Of a DNA stretch of 64,000 nt, positions 1 to 12,750 are shown piece after piece; positions within the stretch are counted from its first letter, which is position 1, and the number at the start of each line of letters is the position of its first letter. Source of the DNA: Mobula hypostoma (Eukaryota). The position numbers and the translations under genes were made by a program. A model generated the notes under the pieces. It ran no database searches, was not told the DNA's origin, and worked only from the letters and a program-made list of their open reading frames with translations. The stretch is taken from the NCBI RefSeq assembly GCF_963921235.1, contig NC_086107.1, forward strand, positions 101,930,001 to 101,994,000. Direction: 5' to 3'.

Positions 1-447
1 AGAGCATTCTAACTAGTTGCAACGCCATATGGAGAGGGGCCACTACACAGGATCAGAAAAAGCTGCAGAAAGTTGTAAACTTTCCATTATGGGCAGTAAC
101 CTCCCCAGCATCCAGAACACCTCAAAGGTGATGCCTCAAAAAGGCAGCATCCATTAATAAGGACCCTATCACTCAGGACATGCCCTCTTCCCATGGCTAC
201 CATCAAGGAGGCAGTACAGGAGCTTGAAGACATACACTCGATGTTTCATAAACTGCTTCTTCTCGTCTTATTTCTGAATGAACCCATGAACACTTCTTCA
301 GTATTTTTCCCTCTCTTTTTGTACTATTTACTATATATATCCACACTTATTGTAATTTATAATTTTTATTACTATGTATTATAGTATATTGCTGCTACAA
401 AACAACAAATTTCACAACATTAACTTGGTGATATTAAACCTGATTCT
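1..447 (+). mobile_element. Rex1/Babar-like LINE 3' end
   Basis: Degenerate (E)SILT...QDQKKLQKVV coding remnant, then AT-rich 3' UTR ending aaacctgattct. Similar to 42062-42505. Confidence 0.7.
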
Positions 448-824
448 ATTAATTGTCTAAATCTGAGTCCTCATGTTACTGACCACCACCCTGATTGTTC
501 ACCTCCTTTCGATCTCCAACTCGCATCGCAGTCACATACCAAGAACGGTCTTTAATGCAATGCAGGTGGAACACACTCAGTTCTATTTGGGTTCTTGTTG
601 GTTTTCAATTACTGTCTCAAGGACATTCTATGTTTCTAGACTGTGGGAAGTTGCACTGCTGAGATGGGCAGCTGCTGATCCCTGCAGTTTCTGTACCTCA
701 AGCAGCTGTAACAACGCTGAATAAAGCATAAGGCACAAGCCAAGTCAGACAGGACTCGATATGAGACATTGCACATGAAAGTTTCCATCCTCCCCATCAT
801 TCTACAGATATTTACATATAGTAA

Positions 825-1310
825 AAATAGAAAATGCAGGAATTACTCAGCAGGTCAGGCACCATCTGTGACAAGGGAAACAGAGATCACATTTGAGGGC
901 ATTGATTTTCATTAGAACTGGAAAAGGTTAGAAATTTAACAGGGTTTTCAAAGAGCAGTGAAAAAAGAAAATGATTAAATGACAATATTGAAAATATGTG
1001 AGATAAAAGAAGAAATCAAGGGTGGGTGATGAACAAATGCAAATAGCATCACAGAAATCACTGTTTGGAGTAATTGGAACAGTGGAATCAGAATTTGCTG
1101 GTCTCCGTATTAAATGCAAAAGGATGTAATGTCTAATCAAAAAATTAGGCTTTGTTCCTTCAGCTTACGATGAACTTTATTGGTACAGCGCCAGTCACAG
1201 GGATGTCAGTGTAGGAGTTTGGGCAGAGAAATAAAGTAACAGACAGCTGTTAGCTCAAGGTCACATGTGCACCCTAAATGCAAGTGGTCTGCAAAGCAAG
1301 CCATCAAGTG
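825..1310 (-). mobile_element. Old Penelope-like element 3' fragment
   Basis: Diverged copy of the PLE terminus (aaaatgcaggaattactcagcaggtcaggcaccatctgtg) shared with younger PLEs in the window. Confidence 0.5.
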
Positions 1311-1334
1311 GTGCATCTGTTTCACAGCTCCAGT

Positions 1335-1600
1335 GCTACCTGTGCAGAGTTGGCACGTTCTCCCTGTAGCTGCATGGGTTTCCTTCAGGTGCCCTGTTTG
1401 CCCCTCATTTTCTCAAAGTTGTGCTGGTTGATGGGTTATTTAGCTACTATTAGTTACTTATATTTCACAGAATTGGAGAAGGGGAATAATAATAATGTGA
1501 GATAATGGTCTACAAGGAAATGCATAGTGCAGTGGAATTGATGGGAATACTTTAATAGCTGGCATAAACTCAGTAATCTCAAGAATGTTCATCTCATGGC
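1335..1600 (+). mobile_element. V-SINE/HE1-like SINE remnant
   Basis: gagttggcacgttctccctgtagctgcatgggtttccttcaggtgc resembles the V-SINE central domain. Confidence 0.55.
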
Positions 1601-4600
1601 CCAACCAGAAGTCCTGGATGAATGCAGAGGTGCACACCCTATGAAAAGCCCAGCACCCTGCTTTCAGGTCCAGTAATAGAACAACTCTCCAAGCAGCCAG
1701 GAGAAGCCTCATCTTATGCATCAAGAAGGCAAAGACGACTAACATATTAAAAAGTTCAGGAACACCTGTCTGATAACGATCCTTGGCATATGTGGATGGC
1801 CATCAAGGCCATTACTGACTATGCAAGGAAAAGCAGCATCGACTGTACCAGTGACCCTGATGCTCTAAAAAATTTTTGTGCACGCTTCAAGGCATGCAAC
1901 ACAACGCCAGCCATGAAAGCTACCCCCTCCCAGGTGAGCAGCCACTGTCTGGAACAGCAGTGGACATGAGAAGAAACCTGCAGAGAGTCAAACCCCCTAA
2001 GGTGGATGGGTCTAACAACATCCCAGGCAGAGTATTCATGGATTGTGCACACCAGCTCAATGACGTCTTCACAGACGCCTTCAACCTTTCAGTCATCCAG
2101 GCTGCTGTCCCCACATGCTTCAAATCAGTCACCATCATCTTTGTACCAAAGAACTCTCCAACTTCAGAACTAAATGACTACTGCCCAGTGGCACTGACGT
2201 CAATTATCATGAAGTGCTTTGAATAGCTAAAGCTCAACTGATCCTCCCTCCCCATCATCTTCAACATGGGTCTTCCCCCCACTCCCCACCCCCACCTCCC
2301 CAGGACTGTGTGCTGAGTCCATTGCTCTACACCCTGCTCACACATGACAGTACAGCCAAGCATCTGAGCAATCACATCACCAAGTCTGCTGATGACACGA
2401 TAATGGATGCAATATTAGATTTCCTATTAGGAAACTGGTTAGGACAAGTGACGGAAGTGTGTATAGTGGAGCACTTTGGTTCCAGTGATCATAACACCAT
2501 TAGTTTCAACTTGATCATGGATAAAGATAGATCTGGTCCTAGGGTTGAGCTTCTAAATTGGAAGAAGGCCAAATTTGAAGAAATGAGAAAGGATCTAAAA
2601 AGCGTGGATTGGGACAGGTTGTTCTCTGGCAAGGACGTAATCGGTAAGTGGGAAGCCTTCAAAGGAGAAATTTTGAGAGTGCAGAGCTTGTATGTTCCCG
2701 TCAGGATTAAAGGCAAAGTGAATAGGAATAGGTTCTCAAGGGATATTGCAACTCTGATAAAGAAGAAGAGAGAGTTGTATGACATGTATAGGAAACAGGG
2801 AGTAAGTAAGGTGCTTGAGAAGTATAAAAAGTGCAAGAAAATACTTAAAAAGGAAATCAGGAGGGCTAAAAGAAGACATGAGGTTGCCTTGGCAGTCAAA
2901 GTGAAGGATAATCCAAAGAGCTTTTACAGGTATATTAAGAGTAAAAAGATTGTAAGGGATAAAATTGGTCCTCTTGAAGATCAGAGTGGTCGGCTATGTG
3001 CGGAACCAAAAGAAATGGGGGAGATCTTAAATGGGTTTTTTGCATCTGTATCTACTAAAGAAACTGGCATGAAGTCTATGGAATTAAGAGAAACAAGTAG
3101 TGAGATCATGGAAACTGTACAGATTGAAAAGGAGGAGGTGCTTGCTACCTTGAGGCAAATCAAAGTGGATAAATCCCCAGGACCTGACAGGGTATTCCCT
3201 CGGACCTTGAAGGAGACTAGTGTTGAAATTGCAGGGGCCCTGACAGATGTATTTAAAATGTCGGTGTCTACGGGTGAGGTGCCGGAGGATTGGAGAATAG
3301 CTCATGTTGTTCCATTGTTTTAAAAAAGGATCGAAAAGTAATCTGGGAAATTATAGGCCAGTAAATTTGACATCGGTAGTGGCTAAGTTATTGGAGGGAG
3401 TACTAAGAGACAGAATCTACAAGCATTTGGATAGACAGGGACTTATTAGGGAGAGTCAACATGGCTTTGTGCGTGGTAGGTCATGTTTGACCAATCTATT
3501 GGAGTTTTTCGAGGAGGTTACCAGGAAAGTGGATGAAGGGAAGGCAGTGGATGTTGTCTACATGGACTTCAGTAAGGCCTTTGACGAGGTCCCACATGGG
3601 AGGTTAGTTAGGAAAATTCAGTTGCTAGGATGAATTGAGAGAGGTGGTAAATTGGATTAGACATTGGCTCAATGGAAGAACCCAAAGAGTGGTCGTAGAG
3701 GATTGCTTCTCAGAGTGGAGGCCTGTGACTAGTGGTGTGCCACAGGGATCAGTGCTGGGTCCATTGTTAATTGTCATCTATATCAATGATCTGGATGATA
3801 ATGTGGTAAATTGGATCAGCAAATTTGCTGATGATACAAAGATTGGAGGTGTAGTGGACAGTGAGGAAGGTTTTCAAAGCTTGCAGAGGGATTTGGACCA
3901 GCTGGAAAAATGGGCTGAAAAATGGCAGATGGAGTTTAATACAGACAAGTATGAGGTACAGTATTGCACTTTGGAAGGACAAACCAAGGTAGAACATACA
4001 GGGTAAATGGTAAGGCACTGAGGAGTGCAGTAGAACAGAGGGATCTGGGAATACAGATGCAAAATTCCCTAAAAGTGGCATCACAGGTAGATAGGGTCGT
4101 AAAGAGAGCTTTTGGTACATTGGCCTTTATTAATCAAAGTATTGAGTATAAGAGCTGGAATGTTATGATGAGGTTGTATAAGGCATTGGTGAGGCCGAAT
4201 CTGGAGTATTGTGTTCAGTTTTGGTCACCAAATTACAGGAAGGATATAAATAAGGTTGAAAGAGTGCAGAGAAGGTTTACAAGGATGTTGCCGGAACTTG
4301 AGAAACTCAGTTACAGAGAAAGGTTGAATAGGTTAGGACTTTATTCCCTGGAGCGTAGAAGAATGAGGGGAGATTTGATAGAGATATAGAAAATTATGAT
4401 GGGTATAGATAGAGTGAATGCAAGCAGGCTTTTTCCACTGAGGCAAGGGGAGAAAAAAAACCAGAGGACATGGATTAAGGGTGAAGGGGGCAAAGTTTAA
4501 AGGGAACATTAGGGGAGGCTTCTTCACACACAGAGTGGTGGGAGTGTGGAATGAGCAGCCAGACGAGGTGGTAAATGCGGGTTCTTTTTTAACATTTAAA

Positions 4601-5380
4601 AATAAATTGGACAGGTACATGGATGGGAGGTGTATGGAGGGATATGGACCGTGTGCAGGTCAGTGGGACTAGGCAGAAAATGGTTCAGCACAGCCAAGAA
4701 GGGCCAAAAGGCCTGCTTCTGTGCTGTAGTTTTTCTATGGTTTCTATGGTAGGGCTCATCACCAACAATGACGAGAAGGCCAACAGGGAAGATATGAAGG
4801 AGTTTGAGGCCTGGTGCCAGGCAAATAACCTCTTCCTTAATGTCAATAAGACAATGGAGATGATTATTGACTTCAGGAGAACTTGCACCACTCACACCCA
4901 CCTTTACATCGGTGGCACAGCAGTGGAAACTAAGCAATTTCAAACTCCTGGGAGTGCACATCATCCACAACCTCTCATGGTCCCAGAACACATCTTACAC
5001 TGTCATGAAAGTTCACCAAGAGCTTTGCATATCCATACTCACGTCTTTCTACAGATGTGCAGTAGAGAGCATCCAAACATGCTGCATCACTGCATGGTAC
5101 AGAAACTGTACCTCAGCTGACAGGAAGGCTCTGCAACAGGTAGTCAAAACTGCCCGATGCATCACTGGCACTATCCTATCCACCATCAAGGATATATAAA
5201 GAGAAAAAGGCCAGTAACATCATGAAGGATTCCACCCACCCTGTTCATAAACTTTTAAATTATTATTATGTTCTTTATCTTTTGTGTTTTTATGCTGCAT
5301 TTGACCCAGAGTAACAATTATTTCTTTCTGCTTACCCTGTGTACAGAAAAAGACTTTAAACAATCTCTTTAAAACTCTTG
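1600..5380 (+). mobile_element. Internally deleted Rex1/Babar-like LINE, split by a CR1 (pieces ~1600-2406 and 4746-5380)
   Basis: LNDYCPVALTSIIMKCFE and LSPLLYTLLTHD...ADDT on the left, resuming with MVGLITNNDE...ESIQTCCITAWY on the right. Confidence 0.8.
2407..4745 (+). mobile_element. 5'-truncated CR1 LINE (ORF2 with frameshifts and stops)
   Basis: [60 protein letters not shown]; tail tttctatggtttctatgg. Confidence 0.95.
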
Positions 5381-5504
5381 ATCGGGATAAATGACTTCTT
5401 TCTATGTTTTAATAAAATATATAATACTTGAGAACATTGAAAATCTACACCCTTTTGCCTCTTGCACATTACTGATTTTCATCTCTACATGAGTGCCTTC
5501 ATAC

Positions 5505-5900
5505 ACCTGATAGCACAGAAACAGGCCCTTCAGCCTATCGTGTCCATGCCAACCATTAATTATCCTCCACGCTAATCGCATTTAGCAAACATCTGGTCCT
5601 CAGCACTCTCTGTCTTGGCAATTAAACTGCTATGTAGGTACTAGTTAAATGTTATGTCTGTGTCCACATATACCCCAAGAAGAATACCTTTATGACACTT
5701 TTGCTGTGGGTAAACATTCCTTACTATCCATTCTATCTGTGCCTCTCCTAATTTTATGTAATTCTATTAGATATCCCCTGTAACCTCCTCTGCTCCAAGA
5801 AAATCAAGCCCAGTAGATTCTGTCTCCCCTTGTAAGTGAAATGCTCTAACCAGACAATAATTTCCTCTGCACCCTTTCCAGTGCATAAGTTGACAAGCTC
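5505..5900 (-). mobile_element. Degenerate CR1 3' fragment
   Basis: Reverse complement of the CR1 3' end (acagaaacaggcccttcagcc... ctctgcaccctttcca). Confidence 0.6.
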
Positions 5901-6790
5901 CATGAACTGATCTTAAGTATGGCAGCAATTCTCTGCACTGGCTAAAGGATTTACCAGCATTGGGAATCCAAGGTTCACCAATGGACATGAACTGGGTAAG
6001 GCATAATGTATGCAAATCATTTACTTAAGGATATTAAAGAAGAAAATGTAGCCACTCGGAGAAAGACCACATAAAAGGCAACAAAGAATTATGAAAAATG
6101 TATTTCAATTAGGTATTTTAAATTTCGTGGTGTACTTCAGCTGTCAAGCATTACTACGCTGCAAACTATGCAGCAAGAGCAAAAACACATCACCTATCCT
6201 GGCATTAATCTCACCCAAATTAATAAAAGTATTACGTTAATCCATATATAGAGAAGCATTAAAATACTCATAATTAGTTCTACCAGAAGTCCGTGTGCTT
6301 GCCCTTTAAGTAGCCTAGTTTTAGGTGAAACAAAGTTCATGAAACCTTTTTTTTCCATGAGCAAATTAGAACTGCATTCATCAGACCAGTGAGGTTACAA
6401 ACCACACTGTAGACAGAACCAGGCATTGCATTTTTCTTCCTATCATTTGTATTGCTCTCAAAAGTGTTGGCAAAAAGGTTCAGGGTTGAAAGCTGAGCAA
6501 TGGCTGCAATTTCACTGTAGTCTGTGTTTAGCCTAGTTTCCATCATACAGCACGATTTTTTTCATCATTACAGGAAGAACTTTCTCAATTTAGTTATGGG
6601 TCTGCCTGTGATTTTTGTTTTGAACAGTAGGGTAGCTTCAGGCTTCTGTACCTTGAGTTTGTAAACATGGTGAGAGGGCCTGCTGAGATTTCTCCTTTGA
6701 CAAACAAGAGGAAAATGTCTGCAAAGAGTTGCTACTGAAGTTTCAGAAGTGGCCAGATTATTATGAGAAAAATGACTGTAAAAAACAGCA

Positions 6791-6948
6791 ACATACATCA
6801 AAGTTGCTGGTGAACGCAGCAGGCCAAGCAGCATCTATACGTCGACTGCACCTCTTCCTATAGATGCTGCTTGGCCTGCTGCGTTCACCAGCAACTTTGA
6901 TGTATGTTGCTTGAATTTCCAGCATCTGCAGAATTCCTGTTGTTTGCG
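6791..6948 (+). mobile_element. Miniature fold-back Penelope-like insertion with 14-bp TSD
   Basis: Perfect 53-bp inverted repeat (6787-6839 / 6859-6911). Flanking duplication tgtaaaaaacagca at 6777-6790 and 6949-6962. Sequence matches the PLE terminus at 30806-30870. Confidence 0.9.
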
Positions 6949-7079
6949 TGTAAAAAACAGCATTCAGCTGCACGCTCCCATACAAACACAATAGATCTAG
7001 AGGATTATAAATTGAGCTAGAGGCACTGTGTACTTCAAAGGTTTGACTTTGGTGATGTTTAGCAAAGTATTGGTCAGGA

Positions 7080-7620
7080 CATAAAGTTTGAATTATTGCT
7101 ACATGATCTTCAATTGCCAATTTGGTGTCCAAATTTAACAACTCACCCAATTAAGGCACTTCAGATAACGCAGCGTTCCCCAGAACTGCATTGCATTTGC
7201 AGGCTAGTTCTCTGTGCACAATTCTCTGGAGTGGAACTTGAACTCATGAACCAGAAATGGGAGTACCAGGTCTCTCCTTCTGAGCATCAGATACAATCTG
7301 TTATTTCCCTGTAGTCTCAGTCATTATGTTGAGAGAATCAATTCTTAATCTCATGATCTCTGCACAATATCCAGATTGACAGTAGTATTCTCATAACTGA
7401 GGGGTTGCTGCATTGTCAGAGTTGAGGCTTTTTGAGACCAAAAATGTATGGTTTTATAAATGGAAGCAAAAATACCATTGTCTGATGGGAAAAAAATCTG
7501 AGAATTATTCCAAGTATCCTAGCAACATTCACTGCCCTATGAAAATGAGCTGCTGCATTTCCCCACACAGGGCTTGCTTAACTGGACCTCTGGCTGTAAA
7601 GCACTTAGGGAAGCTTGTGA
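7080..7620. mobile_element. Two old DeuSINE-like (SacSINE1/AmnSINE1-type) copies head to head
   Basis: Minus copy ~7080-7260 (aaggcacttcagataacgcagcgttccccagaactgca...ggagtggaacttgaac) and plus copy ~7340-7620 (actgaggggttgctgcattgtcagag). Recognised by eye, diverged. Confidence 0.45.
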
Positions 7621-7716
7621 GAAACAAAGGCCTGAAATTCTGTAGAATTCGCTGTATTTCCATTGGGTGATTTTTCAGTGACAAAACATGGTTTCCTTTG
7701 GATCTCTGTGCATATA

Positions 7717-8275
7717 CACTCAATGGCTACTTTATTAGGTACAGGAAGTAGCTAATGAAGTAGCCACTTGGTGTATTTCTGTCTGTTTGTGGTCTTCTGC
7801 TGCTGTAGCTTATCCACTTCAAGAGTGCACATGTTATGCATTTAGAGGTGCTCTTCTGCACACCACTGTTGTAATGTTGGGGTTATTTGAGTTACTGTTG
7901 CCTTTCTGTCAGTTTGAACCAGTCTAGCCATTCTCCTTTGACTTTTCGCTTTAACAAGGCATTTTCACCCATATAACTGCCGCTCACTGGATTTTTTTTT
8001 TGTGTTTTTCACACCATTCTCTGTAAACTCTAGAGATTGTTTTGTGTGAAAATCCCAGGAGATTAGCAGTTTCTGAGATAACTCCAGTCACGCCACCTGG
8101 CACCAATAATCATTCCACAGTCAAAGTCACTTAGATGACATTTCTTCCCCATTCTGATATTTGGTACGAACAGCATCTGAACCCCTTGCCATGTCTTCAA
8201 GCTTTTATGCACTGAGTTGCTGCCACAATATTTGCATTAATGAGCAGGTGTACCTAATGAAGTGGCCACCGATTG
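7717..8275. mobile_element. Non-autonomous Tc1/mariner-type element
   Basis: TA-flanked. Left end cactcaatggctactttattaggtaca and right end tgtacctaatgaagtggccaccgattg are imperfect TIRs. Confidence 0.8.
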
Positions 8276-8810
8276 TAGAGTTAAAAACTTCTGGAAATGA
8301 TCTCATGCAGCACAACAACAGAAGAAGGATTAATATTTATAATGAAGTCTTGTCAACTGTGGTGCAGTAACCAAAAAGCAATTTACTTCTGACTATTACT
8401 CTTGAGCTGATTTGTATCTCCTCCTCAGGCTGCTTTCTAATCTAGGCTAAATATACACATGGACCGACCACAACAAAGGAGTCTATAAGTGGAGCTAAAT
8501 GCACTAGTTTATTCTAGAGTGGCACCAGGAGCATGTGTGAACATGCAGAGACGTAGCCTGCCAATGTCAGCTGTCTGAACTGACTCAGAATTGTTGATGG
8601 ACAATGCAAGCTATTCAGTTGTTTTTTTTCTAAATGGAAACAGGAATTTAAAAATAGCAGGAAAAGTTGTGGAAAATTCACCACACCAACTGCAGTAAAA
8701 TTTTGATAATCTAGCACCAGATCATTCAGAAATTGTAATGTCTGGCATGTAGCTCTTTGGTCCAGATTATGAGGCAGGAGTCCAGAGTACAAGCAGGGAT
8801 GTGGCTAGTT

Positions 8811-8875
8811 CCAGAGTCTGGAGTGTATCTGAAACCAGGGTCCGGAGTGTATCTGGAACCAGTGTCCAGACTGTG
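8811..8875. repeat. Short tandem repeat, ~24-bp period, ~2.5 copies
   Basis: ccagagtctggagtgtatctgaaa / ccagggtccggagtgtatctggaa / ccagtgtccagactgtg. Confidence 0.7.
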
Positions 8876-11214
8876 GGTCAGAACTGTAGTTGGTGGTCAA
8901 GATGCCAAGGGTCTAGATTCTAAAGATTTGCAGTTAGGTCTGTTATTCAGAGTACTTGTATATTTCTGTTTTCTTTAAACTTATCAGGTTCACTGGAAAA
9001 TGTAATGTACTACTGTTGAAGAGGATGAAACAAGGTGGGTTTGGGTATTAACAGAAGTTAGATCCAAGAGACCAAAGAATCTGCTAGTCCTGGGATTGCT
9101 GGATTATTGAAATTTGACTTCATTATCACTTCATATGAAAAAATAATTTCATGGCAAGAAGGGCTCTAATCCGCCATTCGATGATTTCCACCATTAACCT
9201 TGAAACCAAGAAAATTACCACTTCATTACCTGCCGTGATATTGCTAGATTTCCCTACTGTAGCCATATTAACAATATTAACAGGGCTAGGCTGCTGTTCA
9301 ACAGAAGCACTTTGTAGCCCATATATGTATTCCAGCATGCCATAAAGCAACCAAGGTCACTGTAAACAAGCAAGCATGTGAGAAGAGCGAGAGTGTGTAA
9401 AGAACTTAAGATGTACTTCAGAAATGTTAGTGATTTGAGCTAGAGATGTGGTTTAGGATGGTTTAACAGCAATGTTAATCCAGTACCATGCTTTAGAGAT
9501 AAATTAGGGATGTTAGTTAAAGGTAAATCATACAACAATGTCATGTGTTCAGTGAACAGAATGGTCAAGAGTACACCGCACAAAGAAACCCTGGCCCCAT
9601 TAGTGAGTCAAAGTCAATTGTTTTTATGCAAGATGTCCTTGGAGACAGAGGTTGAACTGTACTGGATACCAGACCTGCAGCAATAAAGTTGTTTCTGAAA
9701 TGGTACAACAGTTCATGGGCATTTAATGGCCAGAAATAAATATTGTTTTTTTTTTCAGTGATACCAATGCTCTGTCAATGAATATTTAAAAAGTAGCAAT
9801 AGTGTTGTAAAGAGCAAAAACAAAGTACTGGGTAAGATGGGGACCTAATACAATAAAGCTGCAAATATATAACAGGAATTAATAATTTAAGTCTATGACC
9901 TCTCGTGAAAACTGATTTTGGTCTGCCACACATTCGCTCTTCACCAATACTGCATCAACTTCCAAGTGTGTTTTTATTTTGTACTTAATACAGTACCTTT
10001 AACGTTGTAAAATGTCCCATGTGCTTTCTGAGAGCAGTTTTCAACAGAAAGAGATGCTAAGACAGTTGATCAAGAGCTTCAAGAATATTAAATGAGTAGC
10101 AGAAATGTAATGGTGGTGAGGACTTTCCAGAGCTGAGAGCCGTGGCAGTTCATGGAGCAGCCAGCTGAGATGCAGAGAAGGGAATTCCAAAACATACTGA
10201 TCGGATTATTTTTATGCGGAAACGTATAAGAAATCATTTTTGTTATTATCGTTGAGCTACACCACCTCCTAGCAGAACGATCCTATCAGTCCCGTTATCC
10301 TGCTCTTTCTCCATAACCCTGTGAATTATTCTCTCTCGTGTTTATGACACCATTTGGTTCTCTTTCCAGCACCCTAACAAGAGTTCCAGATCATCTTCTT
10401 TGGCAGCTCCCTGATCCAGAATGCCTTCCTTCTGGTCAGGTTTAGTGGATTCTGAGTTGGCTATTGAGGTCATTGATGGAATCACAAACCCTTCCCTAGA
10501 AGGTGACTGATGGAGACAGGCAGGTGGATAGCGCCTGAGGTGGTGAACTCTTCGAACTACTTACACAAGACTTTGAGACACCCCTAATGCATGTACTCCG
10601 AATACTGCAGCTACATACTTTCTTATGTAAAGAGATAACATTTGCATGCAATATTTTGGGTAAGATCTGCCATATGTAATTAGCTCTTGCAGTAAAGACT
10701 ATCATACATTTGTCTTCCTAACTGCTTTCTGTATCTAAAGTGATTCATGTGCAAGGATATCCTGGTCCCTCTGAACACCAACACCTTTCAAGCCCTCACC
10801 TAATCACTTAAAAATTATATCCCTTTTTTTCCATCAAAGTGGATGATTTTACATTTTTTCTCACTATGTTCCATCTGCTAATTACTTCTCCTGTCTATAC
10901 CATTCTAGCATTTTTTTTCTCTGCACCCTCCATGGGACCTTCCTAAAGTGTGTTGAGAGAATTGGACACAGTGTTCCATTTGTTATCTATCTAGTATTTT
11001 GTTCAAGTCCAAAACTGAGTTCCAAAACTGCTCCAAACTGCTTTGTTGGTCATGACATCTATTGCTTCATTAATTATGTCTTATGTCTGTTATATTTCTT
11101 CCACAGGAGATATAGACAATACCTTTAATATGCATATGCTATCATGCTTAGTATTAATGTCAATTTCCTCCTGCTATTCTCAAAGGGAGAAAAGCTTTTA
11201 AATAATTAAAAATA

Positions 11215-11636
11215 TGTCTTTCATTGGCTGGAGTTTAGAAGTATGAGGGGGGGGAATCTTATTGAAATCTATCAAATATTGAAAGGCCTAGATAGAATGG
11301 ATGTGGAGAGAATGTTTCCTACACTAAGGGGGTCAATGTCTGGAGGGCATAGCCTCAGTATACAAAGATGTCCCTTTAGAATGGAATGAGGAGGAATTTC
11401 TTTAGTCAGAAAGTGGTGAATCAATGGAATTCATTGCCGCAGACAGCTGTGGAGGCCAAGTCATTTGGAATATTTAAAGAGGAGGTTGATAGGTTATTGA
11501 TTAGTCAGGATGTCAAAGGTTACAGGGAAAAGGCAGGAGAATGGTGTTGAGAGGGATAGTAAATCAGCCATGATGGATTGGCGGAACAGACTCTTTCAAC
11601 GGAATGGCCTAATTATACTCCTATACCTTATGGTCG
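11215..11636 (+). mobile_element. CR1 3' fragment
   Basis: ctggagtttagaagtatgagggg...gtggaggccaagtcattt...aatggcctaattatactcctataccttatgg. Confidence 0.85.
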
Positions 11637-11689
11637 TATTATTTTAATCCCAAACTGCACTTAAATATAAATCAGCAAAAATATACACT

Positions 11690-12290
11690 TCTTCCAGTCT
11701 GGTGCAGTGCATTCAATGCTCACAATGTGATCTCATCTACAAATGGAGGACACTAAATGAAGATTGTTTTGTAGAACACCTGCAATCTGTCCAAAGTGGC
11801 AACACTGAGATTCCAGTTTCCTGAATTAATCACTTTGATTCTCTTCTTGAATCACTCTCTGCCCTCTCAATTTTCAGCCTCCTACACTGCTGCACCAGTG
11901 AAAAACACTATATTGTCCGACCAGCTACATCTCAAACCCCAGGACCTGATGCTGACAATATTTTTAGAAAAACCTCTATTTTGACAGATGTGGGGGTAAT
12001 TTTCTGTTTCAATTTGTTAAATTTTTAATTGTTTCTATATCACGAGGTTCCGACTGCTTGTTTTCAAAGAATCTGTTACTCTGACAAATGTGGTCTATAT
12101 ATTGAGGCACACATTGTCGCCACCATTCCCTCTCTGCAACTTTAAAAAAACGTGATTTCTCACTTCTCCTGTTCTAATAGAAGGCCCTTGATGGTTCTTT
12201 TTCTTTCCCCATGGATACTGCCTGGTTTGCTGAGTACTTCTAGCGTTCTCTTTTTTTTAATCTCAGATTTCTAGCACCTGCAATATTTTC
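11690..12290 (+). mobile_element. Old Penelope-like 3' fragment (GIY-YIG remnant + terminus)
   Basis: tgctcacaatgtgatctcatctacaaatggag...gaacacctgcaatctgtcc; terminus gctgagtacttctagc...ctagcacctgca. Confidence 0.55.
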
Positions 12291-12424
12291 TGACTGTAAA
12301 ATTCTCCATTTTATTTAATGATCTGATTAAAGTGAAGCTGGGTGAAGTAATGAGTAAGGACACTTGTATGAATCAAAGCATAATATGAAAAAATTAAGTG
12401 GGCAAACAGTCTGCATGTGCACTG

Positions 12425-12750
12425 TATACCGTGGAGTCACACTGCATGAAAACAGGCCCAGCAGCCCATAGAACCTCTGCTGAATCACCCATTTACACTA
12501 ATCCCATTCTGGTTTTCTCACGTTCCACTCAACTCCCCCTAAATGCTATCACTCACCTACACACTAGGAGTAATTTACAGCACTTTTACAGTCTTTTGGA
12601 TGTGGGAAGAAACAAGAGCACCCAGAAGAAACCCACATTGTCACAGGGAGGACATATAAACTGCACACAGAAGGCACCAGAGGTCAGGATTGAACCTAGG
12701 TGTCTGTGTTGTGAGACAGTAGCTCTCTGGGATGCATCACTGTGCAGCCC
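12425..12750 (-). mobile_element. V-SINE/HE1-like tRNA-derived SINE
   Basis: Reverse V-domain (gtgggaagaaacaagagcacccagaagaaaccca), B-box-like ggttcaatcc on the minus strand, CR1-like tail. Confidence 0.65.

Noticed and set aside
2310..3323. 337-aa ORF as a real gene
   Set aside because: Accidental in-frame fusion of Rex1-like and CR1 fragments, with a non-ATG start.
6787..6911. Canonical microRNA gene or TIR-type MITE
   Set aside because: The arms are PLE terminal sequence, the element extends asymmetrically past the right arm, and the 14-bp TSD fits retrotransposition.
8811..8875. CRISPR-like or functional repeat
   Set aside because: Only ~2.5 imperfect head-to-tail 24-bp units with no unique spacers.
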